Notes: generated from the letters alone by a model not told the origin. A stretch of DNA of 54,033 nt, filler included, from Jimgerdemannia flammicorona (GCA_003990765.1; 3 parts of 3 records of this genome joined end to end with filler, not necessarily neighbours in it); one strand, 5' to 3'. Positions 1-11,065 are shown, numbered from the whole stretch's first letter. Translations and numbers: made by a program.

Positions 1-330
1 GAATGCTTAGAAATCCTTTCTTGGTGCCGAGCATTAACTAGTACTTATTTAGTTAGTCACTGAATGTCCTGGAAACTTGTAGAACTTTATTTGTCATCAT
101 TTGTCATCTTTGCCAAGAACTTTCCTCTTGGCATTTTCCTTTGATTTCTCAGATCCTTCCGGATCCTTCTTTCAGATCTTGTATAAATAACCCCTTTGTT
201 CTTATGAATAAAGCTCAGAATATTTTCTCCCAGAAATCCTTTGAGAACACTTGAATCCTTAGTATCTCTTTGAGCTACTTAGGACCACCAGAATTAGTCG
301 CTTCCTCATTTAGAAACTAGAACCATTACA
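1..330 (+). repeat. Partial LTR (3' part) of an additional LTR-retrotransposon family, truncated by the contig start
   Basis: TATAAATAACCCC at 182, AATAAA at 207 and a ...CCATTACA end at 330 match the promoter/polyA layout of the other LTRs. No PBS follows, so it is a 3' or solo LTR. Confidence 0.5.
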
Positions 331-1140
331 AAGTCCTCTTATTAGAGTAAAGACTTTATCTTTATCTTTAATATAATTTACTGATATATTTAGAAAATTC
401 ACCTGATTTATAAGATTGTCTATATAATTGGTATATTTATAGATCATCTTCTTGGACTTTATTTAGAGATTGAATAATTGCATTTTCAGGTAGAATTTAT
501 TAGATATAGATACTTGCTAATAATAATTATAAAGAATCTCTCATACTTTATTCACTATAGATATATTAATCATATATTTCATTTGAGACTTTGTAAGTAT
601 AAATGTGATTTCTATTAATGTCTTACAATTTTTTGCTATATTATAGTTATTTATTTACATTTATGACTTAGTATACTCTGTCAAACTATACTTCTTTAGG
701 AGATTGTTCATATAGTATATATATCTAAATACATATATTAAAGACTGGAATCATCCTTTTGATCATATTTATACTTATTACAAAGACTATAACTATTATT
801 ATACTTATTCTAAAGATACTTATATCTATGATAGTATTTGTATTTAATATATTATTTAAGCTTGATACTCTTATATTCATATTTTCTAATATCTTAGTAT
901 TGTAACAGTGATCCCAGAATGATGATATTAGTACAAGAGACAGTCTTTCCTTTCAAGCCACGATTGGAGTACAAGAAGATCATATGATATATGAGATGAG
1001 CAATAATGATCAACTGTGAGTCATTGTGACTACAGTACAAGCATTCTGAAGAATATAAAAGAAGGATCAAGGAACCACAGTAGCAGCAACCAACAAGAAC
1101 CACCAATCCAAAAATAGCTCAAAGACTTACCATAAATGAA

Positions 1141-1945
1141 ATGCCTGCTGCCCACCAAACCTCAAGGTCAAGAAATTATCAAGGTATCTCAGTTGAGGAA
1201 AGAATGTTCCAAGACATCAGAAGAGCCATGAGGACCCACTCAAGAAGGACTCCTAGTATCAACCTGGGTACTGCAGATCTCTATTACTTTATTCTCTACT
1301 ACTATGAAATAGAAATAAGGATCACTATTGCTACCAAATGCCTCCAAATGTGGCAAGAGTATGAAATAGGAAACCTCCTCTGCTGGGAGTTCCCACAGAC
1401 CAGCCCTCAAGAGCTACAAGATGTCACTTCCATAGATATACATAAGGCAAGGATAACTAAGAAGATCTATCAGATCTTCAGGCATGCACTATGGTCAATC
1501 CCCAACTTGGAGTATGTTAGAGTCTCAGATTTCAGAGACCTATCATCCCACTATATCAATGTACTAGAAGCCAGGGTGGCTACAGAAGTCCAGTCCACTA
1601 TCACTCTCAATAGTGATGAAGTAGAAGACTTCTGGCACCCCATCCTCCAGAACAACCCAGACCAATTCTTACAAGGATTGATCTCAGTATTCCAAGGCCC
1701 AAGGCATCTGAGTTAGATCTCTCCAAGATCTCACATTTGTCCCCTATTTTGTAGAAGAGAACCTCATAGATTGGAGAGCCCCTGATTTCTCTGCCGAACA
1801 TGATAACATCATCAGTGATGACATCATCCCATGTGACATCAAAGTATGTGAAAATGATAAATTTGCAGACCTCATCTTCTTCAAAGATATTCTGACCTCT
1901 GATGATGAGGATGAAGCCTCCATGGTTCTGAACTTTCTGCTCTAA
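1141..1945 (+). pseudogene. LTR-encoded accessory protein of family A (~267 aa reconstructed; +1 frameshift near 1702)
   Basis: The 191-aa ORF 1141-1716 continues after the frameshift as ...PQDLTFVPYFVEENLIDWRAP...FADLIFF...VLNFLL*. The unshifted frame is seen in the 3' LTR copy. Homologous to the C ORF at 39147-39976. TATAAAA at 1054. Confidence 0.8.
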
Positions 1946-1997
1946 GTTCTTTGTTATACTGAATAATGCCAGCATCAGTATTTTGATGTAACACCAG

Positions 1998-2368
1998 TAG
2001 TGCTCCCAATGAATCGAATCAAATCGAATTTGGCCCAAACTCGATTCAATTCGATCGAATCAAGGGTCCAATTTGATTCGATTTGAATCAAATCAAAGGT
2101 CCAATTCGATTCGAAGTTCAATTCGAACCTTAATTTTCAAAATGTAATAACTCGACGAAAACTCATTCAAATTTAATGTATTTTAGCTAGTTAGATTCAC
2201 CATATTAATGTGATTCTAACAAGCTAAAGGACGTTAGATTTGGATGAGTTTACGCTGAGTTATTGCATTTTGAAAATTAGGGTTTGAATCAGACCCTCAA
2301 TTCAATTCAACTCGTTTAACCTTCAATTTGATTCAATTCAAATTGATTCAACTTGTTTGGAAGCACTA
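1998..2368. mobile_element. 371-bp non-autonomous hAT-like MITE / fold-back element
   Basis: TIRs TAGTGCTCCCAA / TTGGAAGCACTA and an 8-bp TSD (AACACCAG / AATACCAG). Absent from the 3' LTR. GAATC/GATTC subterminal repeats and an internal palindrome. Confidence 0.85.
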
Positions 2369-3101
2369 AATACCAGATAATATCAGCACTGGCATTCTGA
2401 GGTGATGTGAAATTGTTCCAGTACTAGTATTTTGATGTAACACCAGATAATACCAGTACTGGTATTCTGAGGTGATGCAAAATTGTTCCAGCACCAGTAT
2501 TTTGATGTGACACTGAATTATACCAGTATCCTGAACCTGTACAACCATCAGTACTAACCCTGGAACTTAGTAGTTTTAGTTATTGGAATTTTTATTTAGC
2601 TTTATATCTTAGCAACCATTGAATTATATTTTGTATAAATACTCCTCTTATTTCCTCTGAAATAAAGTCAGTCAACTCAGTGCAATATACATACTTCCTT
2701 ATAAGCAATCTAAGAGATAACAAGACAGTTTAAAGATAAGAAGTTTGAGGACTATAAGACCTTGGAAAGGCACTCCAATAAGAACTTACTTATACCAAAC
2801 TTGTAGTTAGTCTAAGAGATATATCTTGAAGAGAATCTGATATATTTGAAGAACTCAATGCCCACTACATGATAATGTATATAATATAGTCAATTCAGTC
2901 TTCTCAGTGCAATATACACAATCTCTTGCAAGCAATCTAAAAGATAATAAGACAGTTTAAAAGATAAGAAGTTTGAGGACTATAAGACCTTGAGAAGGTA
3001 CTCTAATAAGAACTTGCTTATAACAAACTTGAGTTAGTCTAAGAGATACATCTTGAAGAGAATCTGGCATATTTGAAGGACTCAGTGACTACTACATGAC
3101 A

Positions 3102-3119
3102 ACTTGGTACCCATTGACT
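3102..3119 (+). promoter_or_regulatory. A1 primer-binding site (tRNA not identified)
   Basis: ACT-TGGTACCCATTGACT directly after the 5' LTR. Related sequence after the A2 LTR at 19810. Confidence 0.6.
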
Positions 3120-3130
3120 AGTGATTCAAG

Positions 3131-6100
3131 ATGAATCCCTCACTTTTAAGCTAAAAAACGAACAACCCCACAATAACTACCCTGACTATAAGAGTTACCC
3201 CTGCAAGAATTCAAGACAAGATGGAAATATACCCCCCTACATTCTATGAATATACTACTGAAGAGTCAATCCTGACCTTCATTGAAGACTTTGAACAATT
3301 TGCCATCATATGAGCTTTCAATGTAGAGGTACAATTGGCCCTTCTACTAGTCAGCCTCAGAGGACCTGCCAGAGACAAGTTCAATATAGCCACCATTGCT
3401 GGTGCTGATAGAGTCAAACTTGCCAACATGAAGACCTTCCTCAGAACAACATACTATATCGAAGAGATCAAGCAAGCTCTCAAGGATCAACTCAATACTA
3501 TCTGCCAGGGACTTAGTGAAAATCCCAACTCATTCTATACCTGAATCTGCCACCAGATTGTCTTGGTTGGCTATGATGACCATCTCAAGGAACAAAAATA
3601 GCAGATTCAACCTTCTTTAAAGGAGTTCACTCTGAAATTTTCCTAGCAATCCAGTCCACCCCAACTGCACTGACCCTTGATCAGAAAGTGGTCTTTGCAC
3701 AGAGATATTGGACTGCCAGACACTCTGCCAAACACTCAATGGAGAAAATAACTGGCATCAAGATGGAGTCATCAAAGCCAACTAGTATCATATCCACTAC
3801 AGTTGTAAACAAACAACCAACCTTACCTACCCCCAAGACAGCCAAAGCTGACCCAGTGGAAGAACTCACCAAGCAGTTTGCTGAGATGACTGCATACCTT
3901 AGTGATGTTGTTAGAGAAGTCTGAAGTACCAATAGGAGAGCAGTGTAGAGATTTATAGCTGCTATAGAAGAACATAATATCACATACTTCAGATGTAGAG
4001 AAGAAGGCCACTATACAAAGAATTGCATGACCAAAACAAGATGCAAGGCCCAACCAAGCAATGCTAGTAGAACCAGAGAACAAACCAATATAGTAGTCAT
4101 TGAGGAGATTGGTGACACTGATGATGAAGAATACTATAAGAAGCTCGAATTCTACCCTGCTACTGAAGGTACCAGAACCCAGTCCAAGCTCTATGACAAG
4201 AAGAGCAACAGCAAGCCAGTTGGAAGACCAAAGAAGACCCCAGCTGTCACTATTCAAAGCAAGACCCAACCTGAGGAGATTGATCAAGATATAGAGTTAG
4301 ATGAAGCTATCTGCCAAATCATTGAAGGCTCTACTCTAGTCTCAGGAGAAAGTGAAAGCAAGAAGAAACAGAAGGTCAATGCTACTTTTGGACAATTAGC
4401 CAAAGTCTCTATCTTCAGACAGCAGTTGAGAGTAGAACTTACAACTACTGCCAAAAATCAAGAGTACAAGATTGCAGAAGCTTACAATGTACAGGAAGAA
4501 TCCAAGAACTCAGGTAAAGAATCTGAAGATCAGCGCAAGACATCAGCCTATACCTCATGTTAGATTGAAGACTGTATCTTTGATACCATTATTGATACCA
4601 GTGCTGGAGGATGCCTCATAAGCAAAAAGACAATTGACCACCTAGGTTGGGATATTGAAGAGTCCACCAAGATGGTCTATGTTACCGCAGATGGTATATG
4701 AGCTACCCCCCTTGGCAAAATCTGAGAAGTCCCCATCAAGATAGGAGGAGCTACCATCTCAGTAGACATGATTGTTATAAGTACCACCAACTATTATATT
4801 CTCATTGGCAACCAATGGCTTCACAAGGCCAAGGCCATTGTTGACCTCAATGCCCAGAAGATGCAGATCAACTACAGAGGAAGAAAGGTATGAGTCTCTA
4901 TCAATGTCTACAAAGGAGTTCTACTATATATAGAGAAAGGAGATGAAGAAGACCCAGAGATCTTCATACACTTGGTGAATAAGAACAAGAACAAGACACT
5001 CAAGCTCACAGATGAGCAGTGGTATAACAAGATTATCAATGGCTATGCCCCTCAAGGAAGATGCCCCCATGGTACTAGAATGTACTGCTCTGAACACCTG
5101 AATGACTGCTGGTCCTATATCAGTGAAGTCAGGAAAATCTGCTAACAGAAATATGAGCAAGAAGCCACTGAAGCAAAAAGAAAAGCCAAAGAAGATGACC
5201 AGCCCCCAGAGCTTCAGACTGACAGTAACAATAAGGAGGAACAAGAATCAGACATCACTCTCAAGGTTAAGAAGTTTCACCCTAAAGCCAAGATCCCAGA
5301 ATACAAGACCAAAGGAGCCATAGGAATGAACCTTGTCAGCATTCAAGATACTACTCTCGAACCACAAACCACCACCCTACTTGGCACTGGAATTGGAGTC
5401 AAACTGCCAGAGAACTATACCAGAATTATCAAGACCAGGAGCAGTCTGGCCAAAAGCAAAATCTCAGTTGAAGGAGGAGTAATTGACCTTGATTACACTG
5501 GTGAGATCTTCCTTATAGTCAGAAATCACAACTACACCCCCTTAGAAGTCAAGAAGCATGACAGGATTGGCCAGATGCTGATCCATGAAGTCAAGAAGTC
5601 CAAGATCATAAAAGCCATCGAACTCATCAAGACTAAGAGAGAAGAACAAGGCTTTGGATCTACTAGAAGAGGAGCCTATGCTGTCACCAAGATTATTGAA
5701 CTTGAATACAAGAAAGACAAGAACCAGAACAAGCACACATATACTATTGGAGAAAACTTTCCTCTGGAGGAATAACTTCTCAAGATTCTGCATCAAAATG
5801 AAGGAGTACTTGCTACAGACTTCAGAGATATCCACAATCAAGAACCCAAGTACTATCATGAAGTTGATACTGATAATACCAAGCCCATTTACCAGAAAGT
5901 CAGACCCATACCACCTGCCTATAGAGAATGGCTGCAAGCAGAACTCAAGGAAATGGAAGAAGCTGGGATCATCAAGCAAGCTATTAGTCCCTGGGCCACA
6001 CCCATTATCCTTGTCCCAAAGAAAGGAAGCAAGCCTGGAGAGTTTGTGCCAAGACTCTGCATTGACTACAGAAAGCTCAATACCATCATCAAGAAGGATA

Positions 6101-8427
6101 GGCAGCTCTTGCCAAATATTCAAGAAATCCTTACCACTCTTGAAAGCAAAGCCAAATACTACACTACCTTGGATCTGTTCTCAGGCTTCCATCAGATTGG
6201 TCTCACTCAAGATGCCAGTGAGAAATCAGCCTTCATCACACCTGACACTACCTATATCTACCTGCAAATGCCATTTGGAATGTGCAATGCCCCAGCAAGT
6301 TTCCAGCAAATGATGAAGAGAGTCTTCAGCAATAAGATTGGAAAATAGCTCTTTGTCTATATTGATGATGTGATCATCTTCAGCAATACTGCACAGGAAT
6401 ATGTCAATCATATATAGCTAGCCCTCAAGAAGCTCAAGGAGCATGGCCTCTACATCAAGCCCAAGAAATGCAAGTTTGCAGCTCAAGAAATTGCCTACCT
6501 AGGACACCTCATCAACTAGATTGGAATCCACACAGACCCTATGAAGATTGAGGCTGTTTCAGCCTACCTGAGACCCAGAACAACTACAGAAGTCCATGTC
6601 TTCCTTGGACTGGCCAGCTACTACAGAAGGTTCATTAAAGGATACTCCAATATTGTAGCATCTATCTATGAGCTACTGAAGAAGGAAACCAAATTCGAAT
6701 GGACCAAGGAGTGCTAAGAAACCTTCAATAAACTCAAGACCAGGTTGACCCAAGCACCTATTCTCAGAAGACCAGATTGGAACCTAGAATTCATCCTGCA
6801 GACAGATACAAGTGCTATAGGACTTGGAGCAGTCCTAGCTCAGAAAAAAGATGGATATGAATATGTCATCTCCTATGCAAGCCAAGGTACCTGCAGAGCA
6901 GAACAGAACTATAAGTCATACAAGCTTGAATACTTAGCAGTAGTTTGGATAGTAGATAAGTTCCACTACTACCTAGCCAGAAAATACTTCACTATTCAAC
7001 AGACCATTCCACTCTTGCCTGGCTATTCTACACTCTGAACTCTAAAGGAATATATGCCAGATGGATCTACAGGCTATAAGAGTATGACTGTACTATCAAG
7101 CACTGCTCAGGAAAGACCAATACCAACACTGATGCACTTTCAAGGATGCTCCAAAATACTACTATCAAGACTATTCAACATGAATAAGAAGCTATACTAT
7201 AGATTAATCAGCTACCTTGGGCAGTGGAAGATGTCCAACCACCTCAAACCCTGGACAATTACTATCATCAACTGGACTTGAAAACAGTTTGAACTAGACA
7301 ACACTACACTTAGAAAAGAAGGAAAGCTAGTAATACCCGAACACAAGAAGTATCAAGTAATGAAGGATGTACATGAGCAAGGATACTTAGGAGGAACCAA
7401 CACATATGATAAAGCAAGAAGAACCATATGGTGGCCCAAGATGGAAGAAGACCTACACCAATTTGTCAAAGGGTGTGATAAGTGTCAAAAACAGAAACAA
7501 GATCAGCAAGACCAGACATCTGGGTCATCAAGAATTGAGCCTATCCCCTTCTACCACATTGCAATGGATATCATTGGACCACTACCAGTAACACTATCAG
7601 GAAACTACTATATTATAGTTATTGTAGACCTCTTCACCAAATGGATAGAGGCAGAAGCATTACAAGAAGCCAATGCTCTCTCTATAGCCGACTTCCTATA
7701 CTGAGAAATTATCTGCTACTACAAGACACCAAAGCAAATCACAACAGACTGCAGAATGGAATTTGTCAATAGATTTTATGAGATAATGTATCAGAAATAC
7801 AAGATTCAGCACATCAAGACCACCATGTACCATCCTCAAGAAAATGGACAGACAGAGAGAACCAACAAAACTCTCAAGAACATCCTAGTGAAGATCTCAG
7901 AGATATATGAGAATTGGGATAACTATCTCCCAACTACTCTCTCTGTCCTATGAGATATACAGTCACAGAGTACACACTTTACTCCAAGAGAGCTGCTCTT
8001 CAGAGAAGAAGATTCTGATGGAACCTCAGCTACAAATCTAGACTTAACTTGGAGACAGGTTGATGCAGAAATCCAGAGACTACACCAAATCAGGAAGAAG
8101 GCTGAAGATTACATTACCAAGTTATAAGTACTGATAAGAAAGAATGCAGAAAAGAATCACAAGGCCCTAGAACCCATCCAAATCAGAGAAAAGGTTCTAC
8201 TGTATTGAAATATGGTAGAAGTCTTATGGTCATGAAAACTGGAGCCCAAATGGAAAGGACTCTTCTACATGCAAGATATCAAGAGAACTACCTTCTGGCT
8301 TAGAAAAATCTCAGGGACCATACTGCCTACCATAGTATATAGGAACAGACTCAAGAAGTACTACAAATCTATATAAGAGAAGCAAAATGTGATAACCACC
8401 CATGAGGTTCTAGTCCGCAAATTATAA
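3131..8427 (+). pseudogene. A1 gag-pol: capsid, CCHC knuckle, aspartic protease, dUTPase, RT, RNase H, integrase; many stops and frameshifts
   Basis: (Y)FRCREEGHYTKNC ~3985; IIDTSAGG ~4588; SPWATPIILVPKK, RLCIDYRKLN and YIDD at 5980-6370; FILQTDTS..GLGAVL ~6790; WWPKM..CDKCQ, IAMDIIGPLP and YHPQENGQTER at 7370-7860; KLEPKWKG ~8236. Confidence 0.93.
5260..5670 (+). pseudogene. dUTPase domain between protease and RT (A1)
   Basis: TGIGVKLPENY..IKTRSSLAKSKISVEGGVIDLDYTGEI...DRIGQ...REEQGFGST, matching trimeric dUTPase motifs. Confidence 0.9.
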
Positions 8428-8739
8428 CAGTATGTCCCATGACCAGCAAGCTATCTGTCTGGACTATTCTCTAAGAGATATGGCACTGGCAACTACTCAT
8501 CCATAAGACTTTCGAAGTCAGAGAAGTTTGAACCATCAACTGATTGGTCAAGATCAGAATCAGGCCCTTGCTCTATATGAAGGGAGCAACCCTTCACCAT
8601 CATGCCAAAATATAAAAGAAAGATGCTAGCCCATAAATACTTCTTTTCAACCCCTTGCTAGAGATTATGGGATCAGCAAATTTTTCAGGACTGGACCAAT
8701 GAATAAGGATACTCAGGAGATCCTTATTCAGGAGGAAGA

Positions 8740-10558
8740 TGTAACAGTGACCCCAGAATGATGACATTAGTATAGGAGACAGCCTTTTCTTACAAGCCAC
8801 CAGATCAGAGCACAAGAAGATCATATGGCATATGAGATAAACAATGATGACCAACTGTGAGTCATTGTGACCACAGTACAAGTATCCTGAAGAATATAAA
8901 AGAAGGATCAAGGAACTACAGTAGCAGTAACAACAAGAACTACCAATCCCAAAATAGCTCAAAGACTTACCACAAATGAAATGCCTGCTGCCCACCAAAC
9001 CTCAAGGTCAAGAGATCACCAAGGCATCTCAGTTGAGGAAAGAATATTCCAAGACATCAGAAGAGCTATGAGGACCTGCTCAAGAAGGACTCCTAGTATT
9101 AACCTGGGTACTGCAGATCCCTATTACTTTATCCTCTACTACTGTGAAATGGAAACAAGGATTACTATTGCTACCAAATACCTCCAAATATGGCAGGAGT
9201 ATGAAATAGGAAACCTTCTCTGCTGGGAGTTTCCACAGGCCAGCTCTCAAGAGCTACAAGATACCACTCCCATAGATATATGCAAGGTAAGGATAGCTAA
9301 GAAGATCCATCAGATCTTCAGGCATACACCATGGTCAATCCCCAACTTGAAGTATGTTAGAGTCTCAGATTTCAAAGATCTGTCATCTCACTATATCAAT
9401 GCACTAGAAGCCAGGGTGGCTACAGAAGCCCAGTCCACTATCACCCTTACAGTGATGAAGTAGAAGACTTCTAGCACTCCATCCTCTAGGACAACCCAGA
9501 CCAATTTCTGCAAGGATTGATCTCAGTATTCTAAGGCCCAAGCATCCAAGTTAGATCTCCCCAAGACCCCACATTTGTTCCCTATTTTGTAGAAGAGAAC
9601 CTCATAGATTGGAGAGCCCCCAATTTCTCTGCTGAACATGATGACATCATCAGTGATGACATCATCCTGTGCAACATAAGCACACAAAAATGATGAATTC
9701 ATAGACCTCATCTCCTTTGAAGAAATCCTGACCTCTGATGACAAGAATGAAGCCCCCATGGTTCTGAACTTTCTGCTTTAAGTTCTTTGTTATACTGAAT
9801 AATGCCAGCATCAGTATTTTGATGTAATACTGGATAATGCCAGCACTGGCATTCTGAGGTGATGTGAAATTGTTCCAGCACTGGTATTTTGATGTAATAC
9901 TGGATAATGCCAGCACTGGCATTCTGAGGTGATGCAAAATTATTCCAGCACTGTCATTTTGATGTAATACTGAATTATACCAGTATTCTGAACCTGTACA
10001 ACCATCAGTACCAACCCTGGAACTTAGTAGTTTTAGTTATCAGAATTTATATTTAGCTTTATATCTTAGCAACCATTGAATTATATTTTGTATAAATAAC
10101 CCTCTTATTTCCTCTAAAATAAAGACAGTCAACTTAATGTAATATACATACTTTCTTGCAAGCAATCTAAGAGATAATAAGACAGTTTAAAGATAAGAAG
10201 TTTGAGGACTATAAGACCTTGGGAAGGCACTCTAATAAGAACTTGCTTATAACAAACTTGTAGTTAGTCTAAGAGATATACCTTGAAGAGAATCTGATGT
10301 ATTTGAAGGACTCAATGCCCACTACATGACAATGTATATAATATAGTCAATTCAGTCTTCTCAGTGCAATATATACAATCTCTTATAAGCAATCTAAAAG
10401 ATAACAAGACAGTTTAAAAGATAAGAAGTTTGAGGACTATAAGACCTTGGAAAGGCACTCCAATAAGAACTTGCTTATAACAAACTTGAGTTAGTCTAAG
10501 AGATACACCTTGAAGAGAATCTGACATATTTGAAAGACTCAGCAATTACTATATAACA
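8740..10558 (+). repeat. A1 3' LTR
   Basis: Starts TGTAACAGTG after the purine tract AGGAGGAAGA and ends ...TATAACA followed by the TSD GTAT. Confidence 0.93.
8981..9781 (+). pseudogene. Second copy of the family-A LTR accessory gene
   Basis: ORF 8981-9463 (MPAAHQTSRSR...) with a frameshifted continuation to ...VLNFLL*. Confidence 0.8.
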
Positions 10559-11065
10559 GTATATAGTAGCATACAGTCTTTGTACATATATAGTCTTAGA
10601 GAGATATTTCTTAGCTACTAACCAAGGATTATAACCTTTGTTATAAATATAAAGTGAAACAAGAAGAGAAATAAGAGTGTTGTTTATTGATCTGAGTTTT
10701 ACATATTATAATTATAAGTGATGTAGTCACATATAAGTCACATATAAGTCACAAATTATCAAGATGCAGAATAACAAGAATTTCAACATATGTCATGCAA
10801 TCTCCTGCTCTCAAGCCTACTATCAATGGGTTATAAATGTTTCAATAATGGCTAGCACTTCTTTAATTGCGCTTGTACCTAGCACTTTGTAAAAAAATTT
10901 CTTTTGTTTTGTCGGTGCTTTTGCTCTTGATAATTGGCAAGGTAAAAAAATTTATCAAACATCCGAGGTTGTACTATGCCTCCGAACTCCCTATCTCCAC
11001 GGTAACATACCCATGCCTACACTGGTCAATGAGTACGCGGATATGCATGGCTCTTACAACATTCA

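Larger units (their letters stand above)
901..3101 (+). repeat. A1 5' LTR (contains accessory ORF, MITE insertion, 70-bp tandem repeats and a duplicated U5 end)
   Basis: Colinear with 8740-10558 except for the MITE. TG...CA ends. TATAAATA at ~2634 followed by AATAAA. Confidence 0.93.
901..10558 (+). mobile_element. Full-length degenerate Ty3/Gypsy LTR retrotransposon A1 (no chromodomain, dUTPase-containing)
   Basis: TGTAACAGTG...ACA LTR pair, 4-bp TSD GTAT (897-900 and 10559-10562), PBS-like ACTTGGTACC at 3102, PPT at 8730-8739. Domain order gag-PR-dUTPase-RT-RH-IN. Confidence 0.95.

Noticed and set aside
331..900. Gene in the AT-rich flank of A1 (continues 10559-10860)
   Set aside because: Looks like heavily decayed sequence, but no motif could be read.
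1141..1945. Accessory gene as envelope gene
   Set aside because: No evident signal peptide, furin site or transmembrane anchor; the C-terminus is acidic and hydrophilic.
3102..3119. Assigning a specific primer tRNA to family A
   Set aside because: The two copies differ by transitions and no host tRNA set is available.
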